64,000 nucleotides of DNA from an uncultured Dehalococcoidaceae bacterium (GCA_964479165.1 CAYZJO010000005.1:30659-94658); one strand, 5' to 3'; counted from the first letter of the stretch, positions 37,102-48,003 are shown. Notes: generated by a model from the sequence alone, not told the origin. Numbers and translations are program-made.

Positions 37102-37170
37102 TCCGTGGTCCCTCGTGCCACCAGCAGCCGCACCCCGTCTGCTACGGTCGCGCCCACGAGAGGGGGCACG

Positions 37171-38490
37171 ATGACGCAGTCCGCGGCCGGGATCGACTGG
37201 ACGGCAGTCCACGACGAGGCGCTCGACATCTTCGTCCGCTACCTCCGCATCGACTCCTCGAACCCTCCCGGCCGCGAGGCCGAGGGGGCACGGTTCCTCC
37301 AGGGGATCATCGAGGCCGACGGTATCCCCTGCGAGTCCTTCGAGTCGGAGCCGGGTCGCGCCTTCGCCGTCGCACGCCTCGCCGGCGACGGCACCAAGCG
37401 CCCGCTGATGCTGTGCAACCACATCGACGTGGTGCCCGTCGAGGAAGCGTACTGGGACTACCCGCCGTTCGGTGGCGAGGTGCACGATGGCCGCGTCTAC
37501 GGCCGCGGCGCCGTGGACATGAAGGGCGCGGGAGTCATGCACCTCATGGCGCTGCTCCTGGCGAAGCGGCAGGGGCTCCGCCTGACGCGCGACATCGTCT
37601 TCGCCGCCGTGCCCGACGAGGAGGCCGCGAGCGTCCTCGGGATGGTCTGGCTCTGCGAACACCGGCCGGACCTCGTCGACGTCGAGTTCGCGCTCTCCGA
37701 GGGCGGCAGCGGCCAGCCCGACTTCGCTGGCAAGGACGCGCGCCTCTTCGGCGTCGCGACGAACGAGAAGGAGATCTGTTGGCTCCGCGTCGAGGCGGTG
37801 GGCACGCCCGGGCACGGCAGCCTGCCCCACGCGGACAACTCGGCGGTCCACCTCGTGCGCGCGCTCACGCGGCTCGCGGACTGGGACCGGGGGATCACCT
37901 TCACCCCGGAGACGCTCGCCTATGTCGGGCGGCTTACGGAGGCTGGCCTGCTCCCCGGCGACGACCGTGCGGCCATCGAGGCGAAGATCGCGACGCGTCC
38001 CGAACTGCTCGCTTCCTTCTCGAACACGCTCAACGTCACGATGATCGACGCCGGCGTAAAGGCGAACGTTATCCCCGCTCGCTCGTCGGCCGTCCTCGAT
38101 TGCCGGCTGCTGCCGGGACAGTCACGCGAGGAGTGGCGGCGTGACGTTGAGGCGCGCGTCGCCGACCCGGGCATCGAGGTAACGTTCCACGAGCAGACGC
38201 TGGCCGAGCCGCCCACTCCCGTCGAGTGGGATACCGAGCTCTACCGCGTCATCGAATCGGTCGTTCACGAGGCCGTCGAGGACGCCGTCGTCGTGCCCTC
38301 GATGAGTGTCCTCGGAACCGACAACCGCTTCCTGAGGCGTGCCGGCATCCCCGCCTACGGCTTCATTCCCTGTCTGCTCAGCCCCGAGGAGCGCGCAGGC
38401 TTCCACGGCAATAACGAGTTCCTGACGGTCGAGAACCTGCGCATGGGCGTGGAGTTGATGTACGAGATCGTGCGGCGGATGTGCACGTAG
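37171..38490 (+). CDS. M20/M25/M40 family metallohydrolase
   Basis: NHIDVVP, GRGAVDMKG, PDEE, SEGG, GHGS, FHGNNE. Confidence 0.9.
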   Translation: MTQSAAGIDWTAVHDEALDIFVRYLRIDSSNPPGREAEGARFLQGIIEADGIPCESFESEPGRAFAVARLAGDGTKRPLMLCNHIDVVPVEEAYWDYPPFGGEVHDGRVYGRGAVDMKGAGVMHLMALLLAKRQGLRLTRDIVFAAVPDEEAASVLGMVWLCEHRPDLVDVEFALSEGGSGQPDFAGKDARLFGVATNEKEICWLRVEAVGTPGHGSLPHADNSAVHLVRALTRLADWDRGITFTPETLAYVGRLTEAGLLPGDDRAAIEAKIATRPELLASFSNTLNVTMIDAGVKANVIPARSSAVLDCRLLPGQSREEWRRDVEARVADPGIEVTFHEQTLAEPPTPVEWDTELYRVIESVVHEAVEDAVVVPSMSVLGTDNRFLRRAGIPAYGFIPCLLSPEERAGFHGNNEFLTVENLRMGVELMYEIVRRMCT

Positions 38491-38524
38491 AGCGAACCTC
38501 GCCGGGCGGCAGGGAGCTCCACTC

Positions 38525-38597
38525 CCGTTCGTACTGACCTTGTCGAAGTACGCGTCCGAGCGATGCGGGCGCTCTTCAAGAGCCTCGCGGCGAACGG
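38525..38597. repeat. REP-like family B, degenerate intergenic copy
   Basis: CGTACT-GACCTTGTCGA-AGTACG hairpin (38530-38552) plus outer CCGTTCG/CGAACGG inverted repeat. Confidence 0.6.
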
Positions 38598-38612
38598 ACG
38601 GATCCGGCTGAA

Positions 38613-39668
38613 CTACACCATCCCGTGGTGCGTGAGGAACTGGCGCACGATGCGCTGGTGTATCTCGGCGCGGCGGCTCTCGGGCTGATCCTGCTGCCCC
38701 ATCTCGATGAGGATCGCCGTGGCTCCGTTGACGGCCATGCCGATTCCGAGGGAACTGCGGCTGCGACCCTGCCCGAAGGGGTCAGCCTCCTCCGGAGCTG
38801 TGATGCGTGCGCCTTCGGGCAGCTCGGGCGTCGGCGAGGGCGTGGGAAGCGTACCGTCCGGGAGCCGCCGGACGCTGCGATCGCGCACCACGAGGCGCTC
38901 GCGATGTGTCAGCTCGTGGTTCACCGCCTCGACAACCCGGGCGAGGTGGAACATGTCGTACGGGCCGGTGCCGCGCGTGACGGTCTGGCCGAGGAACGCC
39001 GTCCCGTTCTGCGTACGCTCGTTGAAGAACCCCCACGACTCGTGCAGGTCGAGGACGAGGTCGATCCTGTAATCGCGCACGGACTGCACAATGGCGTGCG
39101 CCATCCGCGCCATCGGCAGCGTGTGGTGCTCGGAGCCGGGATAGAGGCGGTTGAGGTCGCCCAGTTCGGGCAGCGTGCGCTGGAACGCGATCGTCGCACG
39201 GAGGTTCGCGCGAGGCGCAACGAGCAGGCTGCCCGCCTCGACGCTCCAGTTCGCTATCTCGGTCGCCGCCGCCCAGCCACCGGGCTCGTTGCCGTGCACG
39301 CCGCCCAGCACGAGGACGTGCATCCCCTGCTTGCCCGAGTGCTTCACATGAAGTGGTGTTTGCCAGTCGGTCCCTGGCAACAGCGCGACCTCCTCGACCG
39401 TGGGCGGGAACACGACGCGGGGAGCGGGCGTCGGAGTGCGCGCCGGTGTTGGCGCCGCGGGCATCTGCGGCACCACCGCGGTCTGCGTGGCGAGGAGCGA
39501 GGACGGCCCGCTTCCGGACAGCGTGGACGCTGCCTCATCCTCCCCGGTACAGCCGACGAGCACGGACGCGGCGGCCCCCAGCGCCCCACCGCCGAGCAGC
39601 CGCAACGCTCCGCGGCGACTCAGCCTCCGCCGCGCGCGCCTTGCGGGCGCTCCCGGCCTGACCTTCAT
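38613..39668 (-). CDS. Succinylglutamate desuccinylase/aspartoacylase (M14-like) family, Tat-exported lipoprotein
   Basis: SRRGALRLL Tat motif, LVGC lipobox, GGVHGNEPGG, DLNRLYPG, LDLHES. Confidence 0.75.
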   Translation of the reverse strand: MKVRPGAPARRARRRLSRRGALRLLGGGALGAAASVLVGCTGEDEAASTLSGSGPSSLLATQTAVVPQMPAAPTPARTPTPAPRVVFPPTVEEVALLPGTDWQTPLHVKHSGKQGMHVLVLGGVHGNEPGGWAAATEIANWSVEAGSLLVAPRANLRATIAFQRTLPELGDLNRLYPGSEHHTLPMARMAHAIVQSVRDYRIDLVLDLHESWGFFNERTQNGTAFLGQTVTRGTGPYDMFHLARVVEAVNHELTHRERLVVRDRSVRRLPDGTLPTPSPTPELPEGARITAPEEADPFGQGRSRSSLGIGMAVNGATAILIEMGQQDQPESRRAEIHQRIVRQFLTHHGMV

Positions 39669-40666
39669 AGCAGCCGCCCCTGCTCAGAACCGGCGCCGTC
39701 GGAGCCGCCTCCGCCTGTTGTCTGGTCGGGCAGCGGCGGGGGCCAGGCGATCGTCGCGAGCCCGGCGGCCTCGAGGGTGTCGCGGAGCAGGTCGCTGTTC
39801 ACGGGACCCTGGTCGAAGTTGTTGGTGTTCATGATGAGGTGAACCTCGGCCGTCGCCTCAGCGAGGCTGCCGATTTTCGCCGTCCATTCGCCGAGTTCGG
39901 CGGCAGTGTAGTAGTAGTCGAAGCGCTCGGACGAGGTCCGCGTGCGCGCCTCCCACATCTCGGCGTTCCTGCCGTGGAAGCGGACGAACGAGCGCTCGGG
40001 GGTCGTCGCCACTGCAACGGGCGGCACCGAGGAGCGGAAGCCCTGCGGCTCGTCCACGCAGATGTATGTGAACCCGAGGTCGCCCAGCTGCTGGATCGTC
40101 GTCTCCTGGTGCTCGGCGTTCATCCAGAGGTCGTTGCGGAACTCCACCGCGGCGGCGTACGGCCCGAGGCGGTCGCGCACCTCCTCGAGGTAGTCGAACG
40201 TATCCTGGCCGGGGAACACCCACTTTGGGAACTGGAACACGATCACGCCGAGGCGTCCCGCCTCGTGCAGCGGCAGCAGCGCGTCGACGAACGTCGACCA
40301 GCACAGGTCGACGACCTGCTTCGGCGCCTCCTCGCGGTAGAACTGGCGCTTCCCCGCGAGCTTGCCCGGCAGCGCCTCCTGGATCGCCTTCGGCAGCCGC
40401 GCGACCGGCGTCGGGTGGTTGGTGAACAGCGAGTACGCCTTGACGTCGAAGGTGAAGCCGTCGGGTGTGCGCTCAGCCCAACCGCGGGCGAGCTGCTCAG
40501 TCGGGAGCCCGTAGTACGTCGTGTCCGCCTCGACGAGGGAGTAGCGCGAGGCGTAGTAGCGAAGCCGTGACTCGGGGGACTTCGCCTCGGGCGGATAGAA
40601 CGTGCCGCTCTCGATGAGCGGCTTATCGGTCCAGGATGCGGTGCCGAGTTTGATGACGCCCGCCAC
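39665..40666 (-). CDS. DUF72 domain protein
   Basis: GTASW, VEADTTYY, VFQFP, AVEFRN, VRFHGRN, YYYT motifs. Confidence 0.88.
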   Translation of the reverse strand: MAGVIKLGTASWTDKPLIESGTFYPPEAKSPESRLRYYASRYSLVEADTTYYGLPTEQLARGWAERTPDGFTFDVKAYSLFTNHPTPVARLPKAIQEALPGKLAGKRQFYREEAPKQVVDLCWSTFVDALLPLHEAGRLGVIVFQFPKWVFPGQDTFDYLEEVRDRLGPYAAAVEFRNDLWMNAEHQETTIQQLGDLGFTYICVDEPQGFRSSVPPVAVATTPERSFVRFHGRNAEMWEARTRTSSERFDYYYTAAELGEWTAKIGSLAEATAEVHLIMNTNNFDQGPVNSDLLRDTLEAAGLATIAWPPPLPDQTTGGGGSDGAGSEQGRLL

Positions 40667-40722
40667 AGCAAGAGGTTACACGGCTGCTGGCACGACGTGT
40701 GGATGTGACGTGTGGGTCGCAA

Positions 40723-41100
40723 CTAGTACGGCGGGACCAGGTCATGGAGCATCGGGAAGTGCCGAACGTTCTTCGTGAGCAGCGGTGCATCGAGCAACAG
40801 CGAGGTGGCTGCGATCATGTAGTCCGCGTCGCCGATGCCGCTGTAGGCGCGCCGATGCTGTCTCGCAAGCGCGCCGGCCGCCCTCGCGATCCACTCATCG
40901 ATCGGGATCCAGACGATTGACTCGAAAAAGCGCTCGAGCGGCTCCCGCTCGCCATCGCGCACGCCCGCGAGCAGCTCGAGTCGGACAACCTCGCTAGCCG
41001 CCAGCGTCTCGTCCGATTCGAGCAGCGAACTGAGCAAATCGACCGCTTCCGGGCGCCCGCGCAGGTGATCGATCGCGACGCTCGTGTCGAGCAGCCTCAC
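40723..41100 (-). CDS. vapC: PIN-domain toxin (VapC)
   Basis: [33 protein letters not shown]. Confidence 0.9.
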   Translation of the reverse strand: MRLLDTSVAIDHLRGRPEAVDLLSSLLESDETLAASEVVRLELLAGVRDGEREPLERFFESIVWIPIDEWIARAAGALARQHRRAYSGIGDADYMIAATSLLLDAPLLTKNVRHFPMLHDLVPPY

Positions 41101-41357
41101 TCGAGTCCTAGCCGCCGAAGCCGCTCGTTCATGTCACCGCGGATCGAATCCACATACTCCTCACCGGTTTGCTCGCGAGTAACCCAGGCCCCGGCGGTTT
41201 CCCTGAGAGCGAGGAGCCTGTCGGACTTCGACGTGCTGCCGTACGCCTCACGAATGGCGCGGCGGATCAACTCCGAACGCGACGCCCCGGTCAAGCGCGA
41301 CTCGCGGTCAAGGAGCCTCAATTCGTCCTCGGTGAGGTAGATCTGTGTCCTGCCCAT
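41097..41357 (-). CDS. vapB: Ribbon-helix-helix antitoxin (VapB/CopG-like)
   Basis: RTQIYL...[10 protein letters not shown]; overlaps vapC start. Confidence 0.85.
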   Translation of the reverse strand: MGRTQIYLTEDELRLLDRESRLTGASRSELIRRAIREAYGSTSKSDRLLALRETAGAWVTREQTGEEYVDSIRGDMNERLRRLGLE

Positions 41358-41416
41358 GACCGCACTATACACCATATGATGTATAGTGCGTCCCCACTGA
41401 ACGCCGAGCAGATGCC

Positions 41417-42103
41417 CTAGTAGGTAGAGACGTCCATCTCCGGCAGGGTGCCGGTGACCGTGAAGACGACACGCTCCGCGATGTTCGTCGCGCGGTCGGC
41501 GATGCGCTCGAGGTTGTGCGCGACCCAAAGGAGGTGCGTGCACGGCTCGATCGTCGAGGGGTCCTTGATCATGATCTCGAGCAGGTCGCGGTAGACGACG
41601 TCCTGGAGCCGATCGACCTCGTCGTCCTCGCGGCCGACGGCGTAGGCAGCCTCAACGTCGCCCTTCATGAACGCGTCGAGGGCCTGCTGGAGCATCGAGC
41701 GGCCCCTCTCAGCCATCAGCGGGATGTCGACGAGCGGCTTCACCAGCGGCTCATCGCGCATCAGCAGCACGATCCGCGCGATGCCCTCGGCGTGATCGCC
41801 CATCCGCTCGAGGTCCACGTTGATCGCGAGCACCGAGATGATCAGCCGCAGGTCCGTAGCCATTGGGGCCTGCTGGGCGAGCAGCGAGAGGCAGATATTG
41901 TCGAGGTGGAAGCGGCTGCGGTTGACCTCGGTGTCGTCGCGGACCACGGCTTCCGCGAGCGCGAAGTCACGTTCCACGAGCGCCTGCACCGCACGTGCGA
42001 TCTGCCGGTCGACCATCGAGCCCAGCTCGAGGACGCCATCCTGCAACGAGGTGATCTGGCGGTGAAAATGCTCCCGCAGCCGGTGGCGTCCCTCGGAGGT
42101 CAT
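41417..42103 (-). CDS. phoU: Phosphate signalling protein PhoU
   Basis: [35 protein letters not shown]. Confidence 0.95.
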   Translation of the reverse strand: MTSEGRHRLREHFHRQITSLQDGVLELGSMVDRQIARAVQALVERDFALAEAVVRDDTEVNRSRFHLDNICLSLLAQQAPMATDLRLIISVLAINVDLERMGDHAEGIARIVLLMRDEPLVKPLVDIPLMAERGRSMLQQALDAFMKGDVEAAYAVGREDDEVDRLQDVVYRDLLEIMIKDPSTIEPCTHLLWVAHNLERIADRATNIAERVVFTVTGTLPEMDVSTY

Positions 42104-42975
42104 TAGCCGAATCGCCCGGTGATGTACGCCTCGGTTCGCGAGTCGCGCGGGTTCCTGAAGATCTGCTCGGTCTCGCCGTACTCGACCAGGCGGCCGACCA
42201 GGTCCTCCTCGGCGAGCATGAACGCGGTGCGGTCGGAGACGCGCGCCGCTTGCTGCATGTTGTGCGTCACGATCACGATCGTGTAGTCAGCAGCGAGCTC
42301 GTTCATCAGGTCCTCGATGCGCTGCGTCGCGATCGGGTCGAGTGCCGAGCACGGCTCGTCCATCAGGATGACGGCCGGCCGGATCGCGATCGCGCGCGCA
42401 ATGCAGAGGCGCTGCTGCTGGCCTCCCGACAGTGCAAGGCCGGACTGGCCCAGCTTGTCCTTCACCTCGTCCCACAGCGCCGCCTGGCGCAGCGCTTCCT
42501 CGACGAGCGTGTCCATGTCTCCCTTGTAGCCGTTGATGCGCGCCCCGAAGGCCACGTTTTCGTAGATCGACTTCGGAAACGGGTTCGGCTTCTGGAAGAC
42601 CATTCCGACGTGACGCCTCACCTCGACGGGGTCGACGTCGGTTCCGAGGACATCGACGCCCTCGATCAGGATCTGGCCGGTCACGCGCGCGCTCGGGATG
42701 AGGTCGTTCATCCGGTTGAGGCTGCGCAGGAGCGTGCTCTTGCCGCAGCCAGAAGGACCGATCAGCGCCGTGATCTGGTTCCGCGGGATGCGCAGATCCA
42801 CGCCATCCACGGCCTGCTTCCGGCCGTACCAGACGCCGACACTGTTCAATTCGACAGCGGCGTCGCGGATGTCGACGTCGCTCGTGGGAGCGGGGATGCC
42901 GACGCGGGGTCCGGCTGCCAGGGTCACGGTCGGGTGCTCCGCGGTCTCGTCCATAGTCTCAGTCACACTCACCAC
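42103..42975 (-). CDS. pstB: Phosphate ABC transporter ATPase
   Basis: [48 protein letters not shown]. Confidence 0.97.
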   Translation of the reverse strand: MVSVTETMDETAEHPTVTLAAGPRVGIPAPTSDVDIRDAAVELNSVGVWYGRKQAVDGVDLRIPRNQITALIGPSGCGKSTLLRSLNRMNDLIPSARVTGQILIEGVDVLGTDVDPVEVRRHVGMVFQKPNPFPKSIYENVAFGARINGYKGDMDTLVEEALRQAALWDEVKDKLGQSGLALSGGQQQRLCIARAIAIRPAVILMDEPCSALDPIATQRIEDLMNELAADYTIVIVTHNMQQAARVSDRTAFMLAEEDLVGRLVEYGETEQIFRNPRDSRTEAYITGRFG

Positions 42976-43023
42976 AATACTCCGCTCGATCGGGCATCGC
43001 GAGCCGCGCCACGCTCCGCCGTC

Positions 43024-43917
43024 TTAACGGCGGAACCGCTCCCGAAGGAGCGCGGCGGCGAGGTTAAACGTCAGGATTGCCACCATCAGCACGATGATCG
43101 CCGCGGCGGCGTTCTGCCGGAACGCCTCCTGAGGCCGAGTCGTCCAGTTGTAGATCTGCACCGGCAGCGTTGTGAACGCATCAAAGATGCTCGTGTTGTC
43201 GAAGGCGATGAAGGAGAAGGCGCCGATCATGATCAGCGCGGCCGTCTCTCCCGCTGCGCGCGAGATCGCGAGGATGACACCGGTGAGGATGCCCGGGAGC
43301 GCCTGCGGCAGAACGTGATGCCACACGGTCTGCCACTCGGTCGCGCCGAGCGCGAGCGAACCCTCGCGGATCCCCGAGGGGACCTGCCGGATCGCTTCCT
43401 GCGCCGCGATCACCGTCATCGGCAGGATCATCAGCGAGAGCGTCAGTGCGCCGGCGAGGATGCTCGGGCCCAGCCCCATCAAGCGCGAGAACACCGCGAG
43501 ACCGAGGATGCCGAAGATGATGCTCGGCACGCCAGCGAGGTTCGCGAGGTTCAGCTTCACGAGCGACAGGAAGCGGTTGTTGGGAGCGAATTCCTCGATC
43601 CAGATCGCCGTGCCGATCGCGATCGGCACCGTGGCGATCACCGTCAGACCGAGCACCCACGCCGACCCGATGATCGACGAGCGGAGGCCGGCTCGCTCGG
43701 CGAACCTTGACGGGTAGCTCGTGAGGAAGTCCCAGGAGAGTCGCGGGCCGCCCTCGATCACCGTGTCGACGGCGAGTGCGAGCAGGATGAGCACTCCGAG
43801 GAGCGTCGCCGCGCCGAAGAGCCACGCGGAGGCGGCGGAGATCCGCTGGCGCGCCGGAATGCTGTTGGTGGCAATCTGGTTGGCCGCGCCGGGGATCGTC
43901 ACGTCGCCGTGCGCCAT
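43024..43917 (-). CDS. pstA: Phosphate ABC transporter permease
   Basis: NLAGVPSII, SRAAGETA, LPVQIY. Confidence 0.95.
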   Translation of the reverse strand: MAHGDVTIPGAANQIATNSIPARQRISAASAWLFGAATLLGVLILLALAVDTVIEGGPRLSWDFLTSYPSRFAERAGLRSSIIGSAWVLGLTVIATVPIAIGTAIWIEEFAPNNRFLSLVKLNLANLAGVPSIIFGILGLAVFSRLMGLGPSILAGALTLSLMILPMTVIAAQEAIRQVPSGIREGSLALGATEWQTVWHHVLPQALPGILTGVILAISRAAGETAALIMIGAFSFIAFDNTSIFDAFTTLPVQIYNWTTRPQEAFRQNAAAAIIVLMVAILTFNLAAALLRERFRR

Positions 43918-44873
43918 TACTCGTACACCTCGCGGAAGCGGTTCACCAGCAGCTGGGCGGAGATGTTGAAGATGAGCGTGATCAGGAACAACGACGCGCC
44001 GACCGCGAACAGGGATTGGTACTTGATGTCGCCGCGAGCTGCATCGCCGAGCCCAACCTGCAACATGTAGCCGGTCATCGTCTGGATGCTCTCGAGCGGA
44101 GACAGCGTCAGGTTCGGCGTCGAGCCGGCGACCACGCCGACGATCATCGTCTCCCCGACGACCCGCGCGATCGCCAGGAGCACCGACGCAACCACCCCCG
44201 AGAGCGCGGCCGGCAAGACGACCCGCACGGCCACCTCGAGGCGCGTCGCACCGAGCGCATACGCCGCCTCGCGCAGCTCTCGAGGCACGTTCGACATCGC
44301 GTCCTCGGAGATCGAGGCGATGGTCGGCAGGATCATGACCGCCATCACGATGCTCGCGCCGAGCGCGTTGAAGACAGAGATCCGCTCGCTCCCGAGCAGC
44401 GGGATGAGGATGTCGATGCTGATGAACGTCAGCGCGAAGTAGGCGTAGACCACCGTCGGCACACCCGCCAATGCCTCCAGCATGGGCTTCAGGACGCGTC
44501 GGATGCCCGGCGACGCGTACTCGCTCATGAAGACCGCCGCGCCGATGCCGAGCGGAAGCGCGAACAACAGCGACCAGATCACGATGTTCATCGTGCCGGC
44601 CACGAGTTCCCAGATGCCGTACGACACCGGGTTGAAGAGCGGCTGCCAGTTCGTGTCGAGGAGAAAGTCCGAAAGCGGGATCTCACGGAAGAACGTCGAA
44701 GCGCCCTCGAACAGAACGACCACGATGGCCGTGGTCGCTACCAACGAGACGACCGCGCAGAGGAGCAGGACGCCGCGGATCACCGCCTCTCCGGCGTGCC
44801 GCAGGGGCTTTCGCCGGAGATTCTCGCGCATGAGCACGCCGCGATCCGGCGGCTGGCCCGTCGCTATCGACAC
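43917..44873 (-). CDS. pstC: Phosphate ABC transporter permease
   Basis: LAGVPTVVY, ARVVGETM, YQSLFAVG. Confidence 0.95.
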   Translation of the reverse strand: MSIATGQPPDRGVLMRENLRRKPLRHAGEAVIRGVLLLCAVVSLVATTAIVVVLFEGASTFFREIPLSDFLLDTNWQPLFNPVSYGIWELVAGTMNIVIWSLLFALPLGIGAAVFMSEYASPGIRRVLKPMLEALAGVPTVVYAYFALTFISIDILIPLLGSERISVFNALGASIVMAVMILPTIASISEDAMSNVPRELREAAYALGATRLEVAVRVVLPAALSGVVASVLLAIARVVGETMIVGVVAGSTPNLTLSPLESIQTMTGYMLQVGLGDAARGDIKYQSLFAVGASLFLITLIFNISAQLLVNRFREVYE

Positions 44874-44940
44874 TCAGCGCTCCTCGCAGCCACCGAGCGC
44901 ACCTCTGCACTCGGCCCCCCGTGCCCTGTGAGGCGCACGC

Positions 44941-44972
44941 AGACGGGGGACGATGAAGATCGTCCCCCGTCT
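44941..44972. terminator. pstS-pstC intergenic stem-loop (terminator/mRNA stabiliser)
   Basis: 13-bp perfect stem AGACGGGGGACGA/TCGTCCCCCGTCT, 6-nt loop. Confidence 0.7.
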
Positions 44973-45016
44973 CTGTTAGCGGCACGTTAACCCGCTCGCC
45001 CGCTCCGATCGACCTG

Positions 45017-46021
45017 CTACGGGAGGAACCGCGCGATCTTCGCCATCTGCTCCTGCAATCGTTCATCGGGCAGTGGGATGTAGCCCACCTCGGGGGCGAG
45101 GACCTGCGCATTTCGCAGGTAGAACGTCACGAAGCCCAGCACCTCTGGTCGCTCCTCGAGCAGCGCCTCGCGCGTATAGATGAACAGCGGGCGCGAGAGC
45201 GGTTGGTACGAACCATCGAGCGCCGACTCGGAACTCGGCGCCACACATCCCTCGCCGCCGTCGATCTCGAGCGCCTTCAGCGTCTGGCCGGCCTCGAGGT
45301 AATACGCGAAGCCGAAGTAGCCGATCGAATACACGTCGTTCTGGATGCCCTGCACGAGGATGTTGTCGTCCTCGGACGACGTGCCGTCTCCGCGGTGCGT
45401 CGAGTTCTCCTCGACTCCCTGGAGGACTTCGACGAAGTAGTCGAACGTGCCGGAGTCGGTACCGGGGAAGTACCAGGAGATGGGGGCGTCAGGGAACTCC
45501 GGGCGAACCTCGTTCCAGTTCGTCACGCCGCCGGTCCGGAAAATGTCGTGCAACTCCTGGACCGTGAGGCAGGAGACGAAATCGTTGTCCGGGTGGACCA
45601 TCACCGTCAGCGCGTCGATCGCGATCTCGAGTTCGACGATGTCCTCGATGCCGCGCGAGGCACACGTTGCTACTTCACCGTCGCGAATCGGGCGCGATGC
45701 GCTCGCGACGTCGATCTCGCCTCGACAGAACATCTCGAGGCCACCGCCGGTTCCGGACGAGCCGACGTTCGTCCGGACGCGCGACACCAGGCTGAATTCC
45801 TCGGCTGCCGCCTCGGAGATGGGGAAGACCGTGGACGAGCCGTTGATGCGGACTTCGCCGGTCAGAGTCTCGAAACTGAACTCGCCGTCCTCGCCGACGA
45901 CGATCTCGCCTCCGCTCCCGACGCCGCGGCCCTGGCCGCAGGCAAGCGCGAGCAGCGCGAACACGAACACGCCCGTCGCCGTGGCCACGGCCCGCAACAC
46001 TCCCGACGAGAAGATCCCCAT
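45017..46021 (-). CDS. pstS: Phosphate-binding lipoprotein
   Basis: LALAC lipobox, INGSSTVFP, SGTGGG, ASRPI, DSGTFDYF, YQPLSRPLFIY. Confidence 0.93.
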   Translation of the reverse strand: MGIFSSGVLRAVATATGVFVFALLALACGQGRGVGSGGEIVVGEDGEFSFETLTGEVRINGSSTVFPISEAAAEEFSLVSRVRTNVGSSGTGGGLEMFCRGEIDVASASRPIRDGEVATCASRGIEDIVELEIAIDALTVMVHPDNDFVSCLTVQELHDIFRTGGVTNWNEVRPEFPDAPISWYFPGTDSGTFDYFVEVLQGVEENSTHRGDGTSSEDDNILVQGIQNDVYSIGYFGFAYYLEAGQTLKALEIDGGEGCVAPSSESALDGSYQPLSRPLFIYTREALLEERPEVLGFVTFYLRNAQVLAPEVGYIPLPDERLQEQMAKIARFLP

Positions 46022-46063
46022 GCGGCTTCCAGTCTGCTCGCACATGTCGAGTCACGTGTCGAG

Positions 46064-47302
46064 TCACGTCGATCGAGGTGTGACCGTATCGGTTGCCGTC
46101 GGCAGCGTGAAGCAGAACGTGGCCCCCGGCCCGGACTCGGCAACCCAGATTCGGCCCCCGAGCTGTCGCACCGTGTGACGAGCGATCGCAAGCCCCAGGC
46201 CGCTGCCCCCGCTGCCTTGCGTACGTGACCGGTCACCCGTGAAGAAGCGCTCGAATACGCGCTCCCGCTCCGCCGGCAGCACACCAGGACCCTCGTCCCT
46301 GACCTCGAAGCGCACGCTGCTGTCCTCGGCCTGCACGCGGACGGTCACCGTGCCGCCCTCCGGGCTGACGCGAATCGCATTCTCGATGAGGTTGGCGAGG
46401 ACCTCGAGCACCCGCTCGCGGTCACCGAGTACGACCGACGCCCCCGCCACTCCGACAAGGTCGGCCAAGTCCTCGACGAGCGAGACCCCGCGGCGCTGCG
46501 CGATAGGCCTCATCCGCTCGACGGCGGCAGTCGCGAGCCCCGCTGGCAGCAGAGGCTCGATCTCGAAGTCGACCGTGCCCGCCTCGAGGCGCGAGAGGTG
46601 CAGGAGCCGCTCGACCATCGCCGTGAGCCGGTCGATCTCGTCGAGCATGAGACGGAGGAAGCGTCCGCGTTGCGTGGCATCCTCGACGCCGTCCTCCAGC
46701 GTCTCCGCGAGTGCGCGGACCGCCGAGAGGGGCGTGCGCAGCTCGTGCGACACGTTGGCCACGAGGTCGGCGCGAGCCCGCTCGACGCGGCGCAGTTCCG
46801 TGAGATCCTCGACGATGACCAACGTCCGGATGGCGCCGATAGCGAGCGCGGCGGCGGTGACACGGAGTTGCTGCCCCGATGCCGTTTCCACCTCGCGCGG
46901 GTGACCTGTGGCCTCACGTGCCACCTGCACGACGCCGTGGTCGCGAACCGCGCGAATCAATGACACGCCGCTCAACTCCTCAGAACCGCGATCGAAGATC
47001 GCGTGAGCGCGCCCGTTCGCAGCCAGCACGCTCAGATCCTCGTCCAGCAGGAGGACGCCCTCCGCGAGGGGTGCGAAGAGCGAAGCGACGTACGGCAGCG
47101 GTTCCACGGGCGCCGCGTCGGGAGGGGGCGCGGTCGCCGCCCGCCGCGCGGCGCTACGCAGGCCGAACAAGGCAGCGCCCAGCACGAGAGCGGCAGTGAC
47201 CGTCCCGCCCACGATGCCCGAGAGCGCCCCGCCCGCGATGATCGCGGCGGCCGCCAGAGCCGCTACGCCCGTAACGAACACGACCGGGTGCGTGACGTTC
47301 AT
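46064..47302 (-). CDS. phoR: Sensor histidine kinase with PAS-like domain
   Basis: ANVSHELRTPL, NLIENA, DEGPG, GSGLGLAI; start ATG 47300-47302. Confidence 0.88.
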   Translation of the reverse strand: MNVTHPVVFVTGVAALAAAAIIAGGALSGIVGGTVTAALVLGAALFGLRSAARRAATAPPPDAAPVEPLPYVASLFAPLAEGVLLLDEDLSVLAANGRAHAIFDRGSEELSGVSLIRAVRDHGVVQVAREATGHPREVETASGQQLRVTAAALAIGAIRTLVIVEDLTELRRVERARADLVANVSHELRTPLSAVRALAETLEDGVEDATQRGRFLRLMLDEIDRLTAMVERLLHLSRLEAGTVDFEIEPLLPAGLATAAVERMRPIAQRRGVSLVEDLADLVGVAGASVVLGDRERVLEVLANLIENAIRVSPEGGTVTVRVQAEDSSVRFEVRDEGPGVLPAERERVFERFFTGDRSRTQGSGGSGLGLAIARHTVRQLGGRIWVAESGPGATFCFTLPTATDTVTPRST

Positions 47303-48003
47303 GGGACGAACTTGTAGCCGAAACTCCTGACCGTGGTGATGTGGTTCGGGTGGGCCGGGTCGTCTTCCAGCTTCTGGCGCAGCGAGTGAATGTGCACATC
47401 GACGGTGCGGGTGCCGCCGCCGTAGGTGTAGCCCCAAACGCGTTCGAGGATCAGGTCGCGCGAAAGCGCCTGGCCGGGATGGCTCATCAGGAACTCGAGC
47501 AGCTCAAACTCCTTGGGGCGCATCGGGACTGGCTCACCCGCGCGCCGCACCTCGCGACGTGCGAAGTCGAGGACGATGTCGCCAGCCTTGAGCTCGCCCC
47601 CAGCGGTCACGACCTCGGGCGAGGCGGCCTCGCGTGAGATGCGGTCGCGCCGCAGCATGGCGTTCACTCGTGCGACCAACTCGCGCATCGAGAAAGGCTT
47701 CGTGACGTAGTCGTCTGCCCCCAGGTCGAGCCCGTGGACCCGATCCGCCTCGGCGTCGCGGGCGGTCAGCATCACGATGGGGACCGGGCGTTCCTCCTCG
47801 CGGAGGATGCGGCAGACGTCCACGCCCGACATGCGCGGCAGCATGAGATCGAGCAGGATCAGGTCGGGCTCGGATTCGCGGGCGAGCTCGAGTCCGCGCA
47901 CGCCATCGGTCGCCGTCAGCACCTCGTGGCCGTCGCGTTCGAGGTTGTACGCGACGGCCGCGAGGATCGCCTCGTCATCTTCGACTACCAGCACCTTCGG
48001 CAT
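47299..48003 (-). CDS. phoB: OmpR-family response regulator
   Basis: LVVEDD, LDLMLP, DDYVTKPF, RTVDVHI; adjacent to pst genes. Confidence 0.88.
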   Translation of the reverse strand: MPKVLVVEDDEAILAAVAYNLERDGHEVLTATDGVRGLELARESEPDLILLDLMLPRMSGVDVCRILREEERPVPIVMLTARDAEADRVHGLDLGADDYVTKPFSMRELVARVNAMLRRDRISREAASPEVVTAGGELKAGDIVLDFARREVRRAGEPVPMRPKEFELLEFLMSHPGQALSRDLILERVWGYTYGGGTRTVDVHIHSLRQKLEDDPAHPNHITTVRSFGYKFVP

